From Carpediemonas membranifera BICM (taxonomy: Eukaryota; Protista; Fornicata), in assembly GCA_019828565.1 (NCBI GenBank), contig JAHDYR010000015.1, positions 299,926 to 363,925 of the forward strand: a stretch of DNA of 64,000 nt, read 5' to 3'. Position 1 is the stretch's first letter. Each line of letters begins with the position of its first letter. A program made the translations under genes and the position numbers. Positions 23,757 to 35,097 of this stretch are shown piece by piece. Below the pieces are notes generated by a model that searched no databases, had not been told where the DNA came from, and was given only the letters and a program-made list of their open reading frames with translations.

Positions 23757-24143
23757 GACCAGATGATAGTAATTGTGAATATAACGAAGCATACTACATA
23801 TGATCCTATCGGTACGTAAATACTTGCGTGAATGATGAAGTGCGGCTGGTCTAAATGTTCCATTTATGAGCCAACTCACGTTGGGCGGTGTGGTTGTAGG
23901 AGTGGATGGTGCGGACCATGTCCAGGATGAAGGGTCCGGCGATGGCGGCGCGGATGTACGTCTTCTTGGGCGGGCGGGGACCAGAAGATAAAATTGGCCC
24001 GCTCCTCTGCTCGCAGCGACGGAGATGGCAGGAGCCATGCCTCAACGCCATGCCGCCATGATGATTTCTGACTCCATATATGACGTTGGCAGTCGAATCT
24101 GGGCGATCCTTGTGTGACCTCGCAGGATAAGCCTCGTCTTGTC

Positions 24144-24641
24144 ATGCGATCAGCCGGATCCTTTACCATTGACGTTGGAGAGCAATCACTCGCCATCCGA
24201 TACCATAGAACACGCTGGATCACTGTTCTGTTTGGATTTTCCATGGTCGCCACCCTCCTCGCCTCATTCATGCCAGTCTCGAGTAATCTCATGAATGGAT
24301 CCATATTGTTACTCTTTATCCAAGGATTAGCACTTATACTGACCATATATCATATGTCCCCGATGGTTATCTCCGAGAGTCTGGTCATTTCTCCACAGAT
24401 TGTCGAGCACACTACACGGCTCGTCCTCTGGCCAGTTGCCAGGACCAACAAGATAGCACGCCTCGATATAGCAACAATCATCCCCGCAGAGCTCTTTTTC
24501 CGGTTCAATGTGGCCGATTGCGTCGTCATTCGTCTGAAGGAGTCCCCCGAGGTGCAGGTCGTGGCATTCCTGGGAGCCAAGGGGCGACACGAAGACTATG
24601 TGAGGATAGGGGATGCCCTGAGAGCCGCAGGGTTCGTGTGA
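24144..24641 (+). CDS. PIG-H-like GPI-GlcNAc transferase subunit
   Basis: Two TM helices then ESLVI...I..E.F.RF.V...VVAF, the pattern of PIG-H. Confidence 0.55.
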   Translation: MRSAGSFTIDVGEQSLAIRYHRTRWITVLFGFSMVATLLASFMPVSSNLMNGSILLLFIQGLALILTIYHMSPMVISESLVISPQIVEHTTRLVLWPVARTNKIARLDIATIIPAELFFRFNVADCVVIRLKESPEVQVVAFLGAKGRHEDYVRIGDALRAAGFV

Positions 24642-24828
24642 GCCGGCCCTGACCACCCCTCCGTAACTCTGCCAGAGAACTCCCGCCGCCTCCACTCATT
24701 CATATAAATCTTCTCCTGTAAAGCAGCTACAGCCGCAGCTACAGATAGCAGCCTCTGTTAGCACCTCGCCCGACTTTATACGACTTGACTTGGCCACTTC
24801 AGCGTCACTGGAAGATGGCCGGTATTCG

Positions 24829-25815
24829 ATGAAAACTTGGCTGTTCTTGTCATTATTAACGCTTACTGCGTGCGTATCATGGACATTCGGGGATGTTTCT
24901 TTGAATATGGTCAATGCTACACTCAGCATGACTGTTTCCTCGAACGCCACGTCAGATATCTGCTTTGAAGCGCCCACATTCGAGTACAACACCAATACGT
25001 ACGAAACAAGTGATCCACTAACGGTATGTGTCAACAATACGTTCATCTGGGTGGGATCCTCTTTGACTGTGCCCGAGGTATTCTGCAACACCTACGAATC
25101 CATCCTGACCGACCCCGTCTCCCCCCTCCTGGCCCCCCTATCAGCCCGGACGAACGTCCACCCGGCCCTACCCGACTACACGCTCTGCTGTCTCGCCGGC
25201 CCGAGGAAGCGGGGCGTGCACTATCTGGCACAGTCCTGCGAGACCATGTTTGCCCTGGCCACGGCTGCCAAGGCCCCGACTACGGTGCTGTACACAGGGC
25301 TGACAGTCACATCCAAGGGCTCGACCGGGGCTGTGTCATGCATGGGGGCTTCATGCCAGAGCGGGGGCGTGACTGTCAACCAGGAGACGACCGCCACAGG
25401 TGATTGGGTCAATGCCCTCAGCGGGACATCGCAGTGGATGCTGAATATCTCACAGACCGGCATGACGAGTGTTGATGATGATATCAACGTGATAACTAGC
25501 TTGACCACAGAAGCAATGTACCCATTCAACTCAACCGTCATGTCGTTGACAAACTTGCTCCGAGACCCAGCAGACTTCAAGAACCAGCACTGTAGCCAGA
25601 CCATGCACTCCTTCACGGGGACGTCCACGGCCCGGCCGACGGAGCAGTTCGCCCCCCTCCTGGACAAGCCGACCCTTGCTGATACGATGGGCAGCGGCTC
25701 CATGAGGACATCATTTGATTCGAGTCGGGGTGGCGGATATGTCTGGAAGGATCTGAGGAACGAGGATCTGGATATCACTGTGACCATCACTGGGGTGGGT
25801 GTTGTCAAGCTGTAA
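24829..25815 (+). CDS. Secreted Thr/Cys-rich hypothetical protein
   Basis: Signal peptide MKTWLFLSLLTLTACVSW; several N-glycosylation sequons. Confidence 0.6.
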   Translation: MKTWLFLSLLTLTACVSWTFGDVSLNMVNATLSMTVSSNATSDICFEAPTFEYNTNTYETSDPLTVCVNNTFIWVGSSLTVPEVFCNTYESILTDPVSPLLAPLSARTNVHPALPDYTLCCLAGPRKRGVHYLAQSCETMFALATAAKAPTTVLYTGLTVTSKGSTGAVSCMGASCQSGGVTVNQETTATGDWVNALSGTSQWMLNISQTGMTSVDDDINVITSLTTEAMYPFNSTVMSLTNLLRDPADFKNQHCSQTMHSFTGTSTARPTEQFAPLLDKPTLADTMGSGSMRTSFDSSRGGGYVWKDLRNEDLDITVTITGVGVVKL

Positions 25816-25987
25816 TGTGTAAAGTAGAGACACTCTTGTTATGGCCAAACGGACAACATTTGTAGAGGCACCCTTCAGCTTGGGTCCGACATGAACGCCA
25901 CATCTCGATAACTGGGCCACGTCAAGATGGAACACCGTGCCTTGCATACTGTAAGCACTCGTCTGTTCGCCCCATCCGTCTTTTCAG

Positions 25988-26253
25988 CTATCCTCTGTTG
26001 AGACCACGACACACCGTCAGCTTGCGGGTCGACCCGAAGACGGGGGACCTAGCTCTCCTGCCCCACTGCCTCAGGCGGCATTCACAGAGCGGGAGACCGG
26101 TGTACATCCCATCGTGGGCCCCGACAAGGCATGACTCCAGCGAGCCGGGAAAACCCCGGCGACGCGAGTCAACAATAGTCTGGAGTCGATTCGTGAGTCG
26201 CACAGACGACAAACACCACGCATTCTTTTTTGTTTATTGTTTTAGGAGGATAG
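25988..26253 (+). ncRNA. Candidate structured RNA or MITE-like element
   Basis: Nested stems visible by eye, closing inverted repeat CTATCCTC/GAGGATAG, T6 run at 26226-26231. Confidence 0.4.
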
Positions 26254-26401
26254 GGGTTGCGGCTGACTGGGACAGCGACTAGAGGTCGCACCCGGTCTCC
26301 CGTGGCTCTAGGCCCACTCATAAATCGTCCTCCTGGCTGTTGCTTGACTCGCCGACAGTCGATTCGTCCGGCGGAACAATACGTGGGGGCAGAGCGATCA
26401 G

Positions 26402-28231
26402 ATGGTTCACTCAGACGAGCAGGAACCGTCCTCTGCTGACGAGTTTGCTTTCTTGCTTACCACGGACAATCATCTTGGCGTTCACGAAGGTTCTGCGCTG
26501 TATCAGGCACAAGTTGACGATTCCTTCATCGTCTTCGAGGAGATCATGTCTATGGCTGCACAGCACAACGTGGATGCGATCCTTCATTCCGGGGACATGT
26601 TCAACGACGCCTCTCCATCCAAAGAGACGCTCAATCGGACCGCAGAGATCTTCTCCCGGACGGTGTTCGGGGCCAAGCCCGTCTCCTTCACCATGCACTC
26701 GGAACCGGACGAAGTATTCGGCCCCGGCATCACCGCCAACTTCCACGACCCGAACCACTCTGTCTCAGTGCCGATGTTCGCCATCCACGGCAACCACGAC
26801 GCCCCCACCGGAGTAGGACAGATTGCAGCCATGGACATCCTCTCCAGTGGCCGCTGGCTCAACTACATCGGCAAGACCAACCCCGTGGACGAGATCCACG
26901 TCCGGCCCGTGCTCCTGCACAGGGGAGCCGTCCGCGTCGCAGTTTACGGCCTCGGGTACATCCACGAGCGCAAGCTGCATGAACTGATGGCCGACGGGAA
27001 GGTGGTCTGGGACCCCCCGCCGTCGCCTGACCACGTCTGCGTGCTCCTCGTCCACCAGAACCGCCGGGCCCGCAAGGCCAAGTGGTTCCTGGACCCGGCC
27101 CACATCCCGCCCTTCACAGACGTCGTGCTGTGGGGCCACGAGCACGACTGCACCTGTCTGCAGACCGTAGAGACGCTGAAGCTGCCACAGGGCGGGCGGA
27201 CGGCGTTCTTGCTCCAGCTGGGGTCGTCGGTCGCGACGTCGCTGTCAGAGGCCGAGGCGGGGCCCAAGGTCGCGGCCATCCTCAGGGTCCGCATGAGGGA
27301 CGGCGAGCCCGAGGTCAAGCTCGACGTCCACCGGCTCCGCTGCGTCCGTCCCGTCGTCTTCTCTGAGCTGGCCATCCCCACAGGCATCACGGAGGCCGCG
27401 GCGGTGACCATGGTGGGGGAGACGCTCGAGCGGATGTCCCGGCAGGCCAGCAAGGAGGTCGACCCCCGTACGGCCGTGCCGCTGCTGAGGCTCAGGGTGC
27501 GACACGACGCCAGCAGGATAGCCGACAACTACGGCCCGATCGTGGCCGAGCTGGCCGGCCGGGGTCTGCTGATCAACCCCCACAACGCCATCCTGAAGAG
27601 CGTCAAGCGGGGCACGACCAAGGACTCCAAGGACAGCGGCCTCATCTCCGCGGACGAGCCCAAGCTCGAGCACGTGCTACTGAGGCGTCTCGTCGGCCAG
27701 GGCCGGCCGGAGGAGTGTCAGATGAAGCTCGTCCCCGCCTCAATGCTGCTCGAGCGGCACGAGGTCTTCATGAGCGCCCGGGGCAACCTCGCTGAGCTCG
27801 TGCTCAAGCTGGTCGACGAGACCGCGGAGGCCATGCGGGAGCGGCTGGACGCCCTGGACCTGAGGGACGTTGGGGCCCGGGCGGCGGTGGCCAAGGCCCA
27901 TGTCGTCGAGGTCGACTCGAGGGCCGCGGAGGTCGGCGAGGACGTCGTTCGGGCAGAGGACGCCGAGGCCATAGTGGAGGGCGGTGCGGACGATGATGCC
28001 CCCGCCCCCAGGACCAGGGTCAGGGTGGGGCGGAGGGCAGCGGTGAAGGCGCCCAAGGCCAAGGCCAAGGGCACCCAGTCCGTGCCGCAGGTCGGGTCAG
28101 ACTCAGAGGCGACGCCCGTGAAGCGGAAGGCAACACCGACGCGGACCTCCAAGCGGATCGCCATGAGGGGGCAAGGTAAGAAGCTGCCGGCCCTGGCCAG
28201 CCCGGACTGGGACGAGGAGCTGCTCGGGTGA
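26402..28231 (+). CDS. MRE11: Double-strand break repair nuclease MRE11
   Basis: DNHLG, GDMFND, PMFAIHGNHDAP, YGLGYI, VHQNR, WGHEHDC, GSSVATSLSEAE, PLLRLRV. Confidence 0.93.
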   Translation: MVHSDEQEPSSADEFAFLLTTDNHLGVHEGSALYQAQVDDSFIVFEEIMSMAAQHNVDAILHSGDMFNDASPSKETLNRTAEIFSRTVFGAKPVSFTMHSEPDEVFGPGITANFHDPNHSVSVPMFAIHGNHDAPTGVGQIAAMDILSSGRWLNYIGKTNPVDEIHVRPVLLHRGAVRVAVYGLGYIHERKLHELMADGKVVWDPPPSPDHVCVLLVHQNRRARKAKWFLDPAHIPPFTDVVLWGHEHDCTCLQTVETLKLPQGGRTAFLLQLGSSVATSLSEAEAGPKVAAILRVRMRDGEPEVKLDVHRLRCVRPVVFSELAIPTGITEAAAVTMVGETLERMSRQASKEVDPRTAVPLLRLRVRHDASRIADNYGPIVAELAGRGLLINPHNAILKSVKRGTTKDSKDSGLISADEPKLEHVLLRRLVGQGRPEECQMKLVPASMLLERHEVFMSARGNLAELVLKLVDETAEAMRERLDALDLRDVGARAAVAKAHVVEVDSRAAEVGEDVVRAEDAEAIVEGGADDDAPAPRTRVRVGRRAAVKAPKAKAKGTQSVPQVGSDSEATPVKRKATPTRTSKRIAMRGQGKKLPALASPDWDEELLG

Positions 28232-28358
28232 GGCTGTAGCGGGACGTTTGTGAGTAGTAGCTGCATAAAGCATTAATCATTTGATTGAATGACTGTTTCA
28301 TTTTCGACAACCAAAAACTGTCTGCAGCTTGTCCCCGGTGGCCACTTTGACTAGCAAA

Positions 28359-29054
28359 ATGGACCATTCGAGAACGCCCGGTGTAGCTGATCATTCGAGG
28401 ACTTCCAGCGCGCTGTCGCTCCCTGCTGACGAGATGCGGCCAGATGGCGGCTTCTCCGAGCTTGATCCGTCCCTTGCCGAAGGCGGTAACATCATATTCG
28501 ATCGTGAAATCACGCTGGAGCTTCGCAGACATTCCAGCCCGCAAGAGCCCGGCATGCAGGAGAACATTCTCGTCCGCATCGTCTCGATTGAGCGCGAGGG
28601 CCGCCTTCACGAGCTCCGCGTCGAGCTTTCCTCGGACGCCGACCTCTTCTTCCACTTCACGTCGTCGATGGATCTCGACTCGTTCGACAAGATCATGCGC
28701 CGCGAGCAGAAGCTCATGTGCGACTTTGACGAATTCCCCGCAGTGCTAGAACAGACCGTCGCCGCCTGCATCCGCGACCCGACCCGCCTGGCCGTGATGT
28801 TTGTGACCAACGACGGTCGTGCCCGCATGGAGTTCATCCAGAACATGGGGTACAAGTACGTGGAGCTCATGGCGTTGCCCTTCATCGCCACACACGAGGA
28901 CATCGTCCGCAAACACATCAGCTACCGCTATAACCGCATGAAGGCCAAGGTGATTCTGCTCAATGACCACCTGCACCAGATCAAGGCGCAGGTTAAGCTC
29001 AAGAACCCGAGCCTGTACCAGAACATGGAGAAGAGGGGGGCGGGCCGGCAATAG
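28359..29054 (+). CDS. SAS-6-like (SAS6L-type) centriole/basal-body protein
   Basis: SAS-6 head motifs VELSSDADLFFHF, EQKLMCDFDEFP, IQNMGYKYVELM, with only a short coiled coil. Confidence 0.8.
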   Translation: MDHSRTPGVADHSRTSSALSLPADEMRPDGGFSELDPSLAEGGNIIFDREITLELRRHSSPQEPGMQENILVRIVSIEREGRLHELRVELSSDADLFFHFTSSMDLDSFDKIMRREQKLMCDFDEFPAVLEQTVAACIRDPTRLAVMFVTNDGRARMEFIQNMGYKYVELMALPFIATHEDIVRKHISYRYNRMKAKVILLNDHLHQIKAQVKLKNPSLYQNMEKRGAGRQ

Positions 29055-29166
29055 AGGCACTCTGCGGAATGTATCATAAAGGAAAGGAGAGCAGTCTGTG
29101 TCATGGCGTCTGGAGGCTACATGGGGTGATCCTGCCGTCTTCGCAGTTTATGCAGCGTAACGAAGG

Positions 29167-31812
29167 ATGCTCAAGCAAGTTCCAGTAAGATTTGGCCAGC
29201 AAAAGAAACCAGATGACATCAGGAATATCTGTATCATTGCGCACGTTGACCATGGCAAGTCTACGCTCACAGACAGCCTTATCTCGGCCAACGGGCTGAT
29301 GTCAGCCGGGATGGCCGGTGAGCTGCGTTACATGGACAACAGGCCCGACGAGCAGGACCGCGGGATAACGATGAAGTCCTCGGGCATCTCACTCTTCTAC
29401 CACAAGCGGACGCCAGGGTCAGATGACGCCCAGACGTTCATGTTCAACGTAGTGGACTCCCCCGGCCACGTCGACTTCTCCTCTGAGGTCTCTGCCGCGA
29501 TCCGTGTGGCCGACGGCGCGCTCGTGGTGGTCGACGCGGTGGAGGGGCTATGTGTCCAGACCGAGGCCGTGCTGCGGCAGGCGGTGAACGAAAAGCTGGC
29601 GCTGACCCTCTTCATCAACAAGATCGACCGGCTGATCACGGAGCTCGACATGGGTCCCGACGAGATCCAGCTGCAGCTGAGGAAGGTCGTCCAGTCCGTG
29701 AACGCCTACCTCGTCCCCCTCATTCGGGCACACCCGGACGACACGGTCGAGGCCAACGACGTCTTCGACCCCGAGAAGGGCAACGTCCTGTTCGGGTCTG
29801 CCATCCACGGCTGGGCGTTCTCCATCCCGTCCATGGCCGAGATGTGGGCCAGACGCATGGGGTTCTCCGCGGCGGTGCTGCAGAAGGTGTTGTGGGGCGA
29901 TTACTCGTTCAATAAGCAGAAGAAGGTCGTCAAGAAACCAGGGGCCAAGACGCTGTTCGAGGCTCTTGTCCTCGGGCCAATCTTTGAGATTTATGACTCA
30001 ATCAAGAGCGGGGATACGGATCAGATCATCAAGATCACAACTCGGCTCGGAGTCAAAGTCGGATCGAAAGAATTCGGGTCTGCCGGCCTGACTAAGCGGG
30101 TGATGAGCCGATTCCTCCCGCTGGCCATGACGGTCTTCCCGACCCTATTGGAGACCGTGCCCGCGGCGAACCAGCTGAGCCCCGACCGCATCGAGCACCT
30201 CTTAGGCTCTGAGAACGTCGGGCCGGACGACACTGGGCTCGGGTACCACTTCGCCCGGTGTGACCCCGAGGACCCGACCGTGGTGGCGTATGCGGCCAAG
30301 CTCTTCGTCCACGGCCGGGACATCGACCTGGGGGAGTCTGTGCTTGACCGGATCCGGAAATTCGAGCTCCGGGAGTCCGCGGACTACGCCGGTGACAAGG
30401 CCTCGGCCGACTCCAGCGAGCGGCACATGGCCTTCGTCCGCGTGTTCAGCGGCACTCTCCGTGTCGGACAGACCCTGTTCTCCACGGGCCACCACCTGCC
30501 CGAGCCCACGGAGGTCAGGGTCGGCGGGCTCTTCGCCATGATGGGCAAGGACGTCGTCCCTGTCCAGGCGGTCCCGGCAGGCCTCGTGTGCGGCGTCACG
30601 GGCATCTCCCACGCGGTGTTCAAGGCGGCAACCCTCGCCTCGAGCCCGGTCGCCCCCCTCACCCCGCCCCCGGTCATGTCCTTCCCAGTAATCAGGGTCG
30701 CCATCGAGCCTGCTCAGGCCGGGGACGCCGCGGAGGTCAAGGACGTCCTGGAGAAGCTCCAGAGGGCCGACCCCACCGTGCAGGTTAAGTTCGAGCCATC
30801 CGGGGAGATGGTCATTGTAGCGAGCGGGGAGGTGCACCTCGGACAGTGTCTCGACGACGTCCGCAGGGCTATGGGCATGAAGGCCGTGCTGGCATCTGAT
30901 CCTATTGTGCAGTTTAGGGAGAGTCTGGCGGCCGAGGCGACGTACCAGGAGGCCGTCCTGGAGCACGAGTCGGTGTCCTTCAGGATACAGCTGGGGCCTC
31001 TCGACAGCACCGCCATCCAGACCCTCGAGAAGTTCAAGGCGAGGCGCGACGCCCTCGACGCGCCCTCCGTCTTCCACGCAGGCACGGGCACGACCAACCC
31101 TCTGCCCGATTACCAGGGCAAGCCCGTCATCGCCGTCGGGCCCCAGGGCTGCGGCACGTGCGTGCTGACGAGCGACGTCCCCGCCCCCGCGGGACTGGTG
31201 AAGGGCTTCCTGGCGGCGACGTACCAGGGCCCCGTGTGCCAGGAGAGCATGCACGGCGTCCACGTCCACCTGGCCTCCTTCTCCTGCGACGACGAGGAGG
31301 CCATGACGGGCGCTCTCGTCGGGGCGTTCGGCCAGGCCATCCGCCGCGCCTTCATGGACCACCGCGACCAGGGGACGATCCGACTCATGGAGCCCATCTA
31401 CGAGTGCGGCGTCGTCACCTCCCAGACCCATCTCGGCGGTGTCCACACCGTGCTGGCCAAGCGGCGGGCTGTGGTGGAGTTCGAGGACATGCTCCCCGGC
31501 ACGATGGACTTCACCGTCCGGGCGGCCCTGCCCGTGGCCGAGTCCTTCGGGTTCACGACAGAGCTCCGCACCAGGACGTCTGGGGCTGCGATGCCACAGC
31601 TGATGTACCGCGGCTACAAGGTGCTGGACGAGGACCCCTACAAGAAGGCCACCGAGGACGAGCTCGAGGAGTGGGGCGAGGAGGGCTTCGAGGGCCTCGT
31701 CAACACCGCAAGGAGGTACGTCAACAGCACCAGACGTAGGAAGGGGTTGTTCGTTGAGGAGGTGCTCGTCGAGGACGCCACCAAGCAGCGCACCATAGCC
31801 AGGAAGAAGTAA
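29167..31812 (+). CDS. EFL1: Elongation factor-like GTPase EFL1/Ria1
   Basis: AHVDHGKSTL, RGITMKSS, DSPGHVDFSSEV, NKIDRL, LRTRTSGAAMPQL, C-terminal RRRKGL...ATKQRT. Confidence 0.92.
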   Translation: MLKQVPVRFGQQKKPDDIRNICIIAHVDHGKSTLTDSLISANGLMSAGMAGELRYMDNRPDEQDRGITMKSSGISLFYHKRTPGSDDAQTFMFNVVDSPGHVDFSSEVSAAIRVADGALVVVDAVEGLCVQTEAVLRQAVNEKLALTLFINKIDRLITELDMGPDEIQLQLRKVVQSVNAYLVPLIRAHPDDTVEANDVFDPEKGNVLFGSAIHGWAFSIPSMAEMWARRMGFSAAVLQKVLWGDYSFNKQKKVVKKPGAKTLFEALVLGPIFEIYDSIKSGDTDQIIKITTRLGVKVGSKEFGSAGLTKRVMSRFLPLAMTVFPTLLETVPAANQLSPDRIEHLLGSENVGPDDTGLGYHFARCDPEDPTVVAYAAKLFVHGRDIDLGESVLDRIRKFELRESADYAGDKASADSSERHMAFVRVFSGTLRVGQTLFSTGHHLPEPTEVRVGGLFAMMGKDVVPVQAVPAGLVCGVTGISHAVFKAATLASSPVAPLTPPPVMSFPVIRVAIEPAQAGDAAEVKDVLEKLQRADPTVQVKFEPSGEMVIVASGEVHLGQCLDDVRRAMGMKAVLASDPIVQFRESLAAEATYQEAVLEHESVSFRIQLGPLDSTAIQTLEKFKARRDALDAPSVFHAGTGTTNPLPDYQGKPVIAVGPQGCGTCVLTSDVPAPAGLVKGFLAATYQGPVCQESMHGVHVHLASFSCDDEEAMTGALVGAFGQAIRRAFMDHRDQGTIRLMEPIYECGVVTSQTHLGGVHTVLAKRRAVVEFEDMLPGTMDFTVRAALPVAESFGFTTELRTRTSGAAMPQLMYRGYKVLDEDPYKKATEDELEEWGEEGFEGLVNTARRYVNSTRRRKGLFVEEVLVEDATKQRTIARKK

Positions 31813-32391
31813 ACAGCCGGATTGTGGTGTTTGATTGGTCCATTCATGAGTTTGGCTTGGGTAACATGGTCCAGAGAGTTGGGATACTGAGTTATATCTC
31901 TGTTTTTGTCCGATCTGGCAAAGTAGTTTTTCAGCAAAAATGCCAAAATTGATTTTGTGATTGGTTGAAACCAGAAGATCGGACAGGACCGCAAAAAATC
32001 GGTTTAGCTTGGGGGATCGTGCCACTACCGAGGTTGACTCGGAAAGAACCAATCAACAGAGTGAATCAATATTTAGCTCACCGTCTTCTGCAAGATATTT
32101 TTGGATACTGACGGACTGCTGACCACAGGATGATGCTAAGGTCGAGTAGCACGATTTTGGCCGAGTGGTACTTGCTGAATCCCGTTGTGAAGTCCGCAAT
32201 CACGCAGACAAATATGACATCATCAGCGGTTGTGATGCTGGTGATGAACGAGAATTTTGAGGACTGCTGGTCTTCTTACTACGGTGTATGCTTTGGTAAT
32301 CCAGGCAAAAGAAGCCGTGATGAGCCTCAATACGTGCGCCATAAATTCGTTCATGTAATTTTTGCGAGAATTTCCCGAGAACAACAAAGGG

Positions 32392-33537
32392 ATGCAGGCC
32401 GCACATCCGTGCCAACGGCCGCTTTATAAGTTGTCGGTGGACCTCCTAAGAACATACAAGAAGGTTAACTCTGTGTATTATGCGCGAAAGAAGCGTAATG
32501 GCGACGATGACGAGAATTACGACCTTATTGTCCACGCAGGCGATATTTTTGACAATAGGTACCGAGTAACAGGCTTTATAGGGAAAGGATCGTTTGGTTT
32601 AGTCGTGAAATGCTTCGACATGGTTGCAGAAGAACACGTTGCGGTGAAGGTTATCAAGAACCGTCGGCCCTTCCGCCATCAGGGCTCCATCGAGATCAAG
32701 CTCCTCTCCTTCCTGAATAAGCGTGACCCCGACGACCAGTTCTGCATTCTCCGACTGAAGCGTTCGTTTGAGTGGAAGAACCACATCTGCATCGTCCAAG
32801 AGCTCCTGTCGTACAACCTCTACGACCTCCTCAGACACACCCAGTTCCGCGGCGTATCCCTCAACCTCGTCAAGAAGTTTGGCCACCAGATCCTATGCTC
32901 GTTGCTATTCCTCGCGATGCCCGAGATCGACATTGTCCACTGCGACCTCAAGCCCGAGAACATCCTGCTCCGCAACCACCGCAGGTCTACAGTCAAGCTT
33001 ATCGACTTCGGCTCCTCGTGTCGCCGTACAGAGCGAGTTTTTTCATACATTCAGAGCCGCTTCTACCGGTCCCCCGAGGTCCTCGTGAACCATTCCAACA
33101 TCACTCAGGCCGTCGATATGTGGAGCCTCGCGTGCATCCTGGTCGAGCTCCACACGGGAAAGCCGCTGTTCCCCGGCAAGAACGAGTTTGACCAAGTCCG
33201 GAAGATCGTTGAGGTCCTCGGCCTGCCCCCAGCTTCAATGCTTCAGGCCGCCCCGCAGGCCAAGGTCTCCAAGTTCTTCAACGCGCTCCCGGATGGCACG
33301 TTCCAGCTGAAGGGCTCGCAAGCCCAGAAGTTCCCCCTGCCCGCCAAGACGGTCAGGGTGCTGCTTGAGTCCCACGAGCCAAATAGCGCGTTCATGTCCC
33401 CCAACCACAAGGAGGAGTGTGCGATGCTGGTGGACCTTGTGGGCCGCATGCTAGAGTATGATCCGAAGTACCGGATAACGCCGAGTGAGGCCCTGGACCA
33501 CGACTTCTTCAAGTCCCTTGCAAAGGAGAAGGAGTGA
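32392..33537 (+). CDS. DYRK1: DYRK1-family dual-specificity kinase
   Basis: PLYKLSVDLLRTYK, DH box DDENYD, GKGSFG, HCDLKPENILL, DFGSSC, YIQSRFYRSPE. Confidence 0.92.
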   Translation: MQAAHPCQRPLYKLSVDLLRTYKKVNSVYYARKKRNGDDDENYDLIVHAGDIFDNRYRVTGFIGKGSFGLVVKCFDMVAEEHVAVKVIKNRRPFRHQGSIEIKLLSFLNKRDPDDQFCILRLKRSFEWKNHICIVQELLSYNLYDLLRHTQFRGVSLNLVKKFGHQILCSLLFLAMPEIDIVHCDLKPENILLRNHRRSTVKLIDFGSSCRRTERVFSYIQSRFYRSPEVLVNHSNITQAVDMWSLACILVELHTGKPLFPGKNEFDQVRKIVEVLGLPPASMLQAAPQAKVSKFFNALPDGTFQLKGSQAQKFPLPAKTVRVLLESHEPNSAFMSPNHKEECAMLVDLVGRMLEYDPKYRITPSEALDHDFFKSLAKEKE

Positions 33538-33782
33538 AAGGGTTGGATTTGATTTGTATTTTTCGAAGTTAGTGCGGTTGGCGAAAGATAAACGATGAAG
33601 GACATTTGGGATTGCCGATCACGAACGAGCAAGGGTACCCGGCCTGGGAAGAAGCGCGCCTGCCCTCTGGGTTATATGCTGCTCCGGGCGTCCTTGGGGG
33701 CGATGACCTGGGTCGTAGTTTGACCATCCTTGACCCAGGATGACTCGCTCATTTGCCCACGAAGAAGAACGGCGTTAGTGGA

Positions 33783-34883
33783 ATGAGTTTCCTGTCTGGC
33801 GCGTCTGCTGCTAGCCAAGGGTATCAAAAGCTCCCCGAAGAACGGGATTTAGAAGCTGGGTATGTCTGGTGCTCCCCGATTCTCACACAGGACAGGGACT
33901 GCAGCGGATGACCCCGATGAGCGCTTCCTCCGCTTCCAGGAGGTTTGCAAGTCCCAACTCTTCGAGATGGTGTTTGTTTCCAGCTGATATGCCCGCTCTC
34001 ACACAGCAAGTGCACAAGATCCGTCAAGGTGTTCTCGACCCGAATCGAGCACGGCCAGTCCAAGACAGACGTCGCGCACATGCAGCAGGAGGTTGACGCA
34101 CTCGTGAAGAAGTGCAACGCGGCCCGGCTGAAGATGCGAGACGAGGTGCGGGAGATTGAGCGCTTCCTCAACCTCCGTCGGTACGACAGACCCGCCAACT
34201 GGGTCGGGACCGAGCAGGAGTGGAATGAGAAGCTGTATACATTCAGCACGGTACCGGACCGCATCGCCAACGAGGTGGAGAAGAAGCACAACGCCTTTAG
34301 GGATGCTCTCAACCAGTTCAACCAGGCCAAGCGTGTCGTTGCCGCCAACCACGCGGTGAGCGTCACCACTGCCATGTCCCAGAAGAAGCGGACGCGCCGT
34401 GTGACACGTGTGGACGAGGAGACCGGCGAGGAGATCACGGAGGAGGTCGAGGTCGACTCGGACGACGGCGACTACCAGACGATGATCACTGCCCGGGACA
34501 GGGAGCTGGCCCAGCGTCAGAAGCAGCTGGACCTTGTGGACTCATCGCTGGACACGCACACTGCGATTGTGCAGGAGCATGTTGACGGGATCAAGGAGAT
34601 CGAGACCAGCATGGCCGAGATCATGGATATCATGACCGACATGGCCAGTGCGGTCAAGGAGCAGGGTGAGCTGGTCGACAACATCGCCAACACCGTGGAC
34701 GAGGCTGACACCATTGTAGACCAGGCCCTGGAGCACCTCGTAGCCGCCCAGAAGCACAGCAAGAAGGCGCTGAGGAAGTACATGCTGGTGTTCTGCATCA
34801 TCATGTGCACGATTATAATTCTCGCCGTGATTGCGGCTAAGGTGCTCATCACGTCCATCCTGAAGATTTACATGAAGAGCTAG
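33783..34883 (+). CDS. Syntaxin (Qa-SNARE); introns 33860-33890 and 33972-34006
   Basis: GTATGT and GTTTGT donors with CTCACACAG acceptors join ATG 33783 in frame; SNARE motif VKEQGELVDNI; C-terminal TM. Confidence 0.88.
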
Positions 34884-35097
34884 GGCGGGATAGGGTACCG
34901 GGTTATATAGGCTGTAGATTAATAAAAGGTTGATGTGGAATAATGCTGCCTCGGTCGAGCGGTTGGCGAAGTTCGAACAGTCAGTATTTTCGTCACTGAA
35001 TTGGGCATAGTCTGAGTAATAGACGCAGTAGTCACCTGCAGACGACTCAAGGGAACCCCTGGCTCCTTCTGGGTCCACATTCTTGATTTCGCATGTT

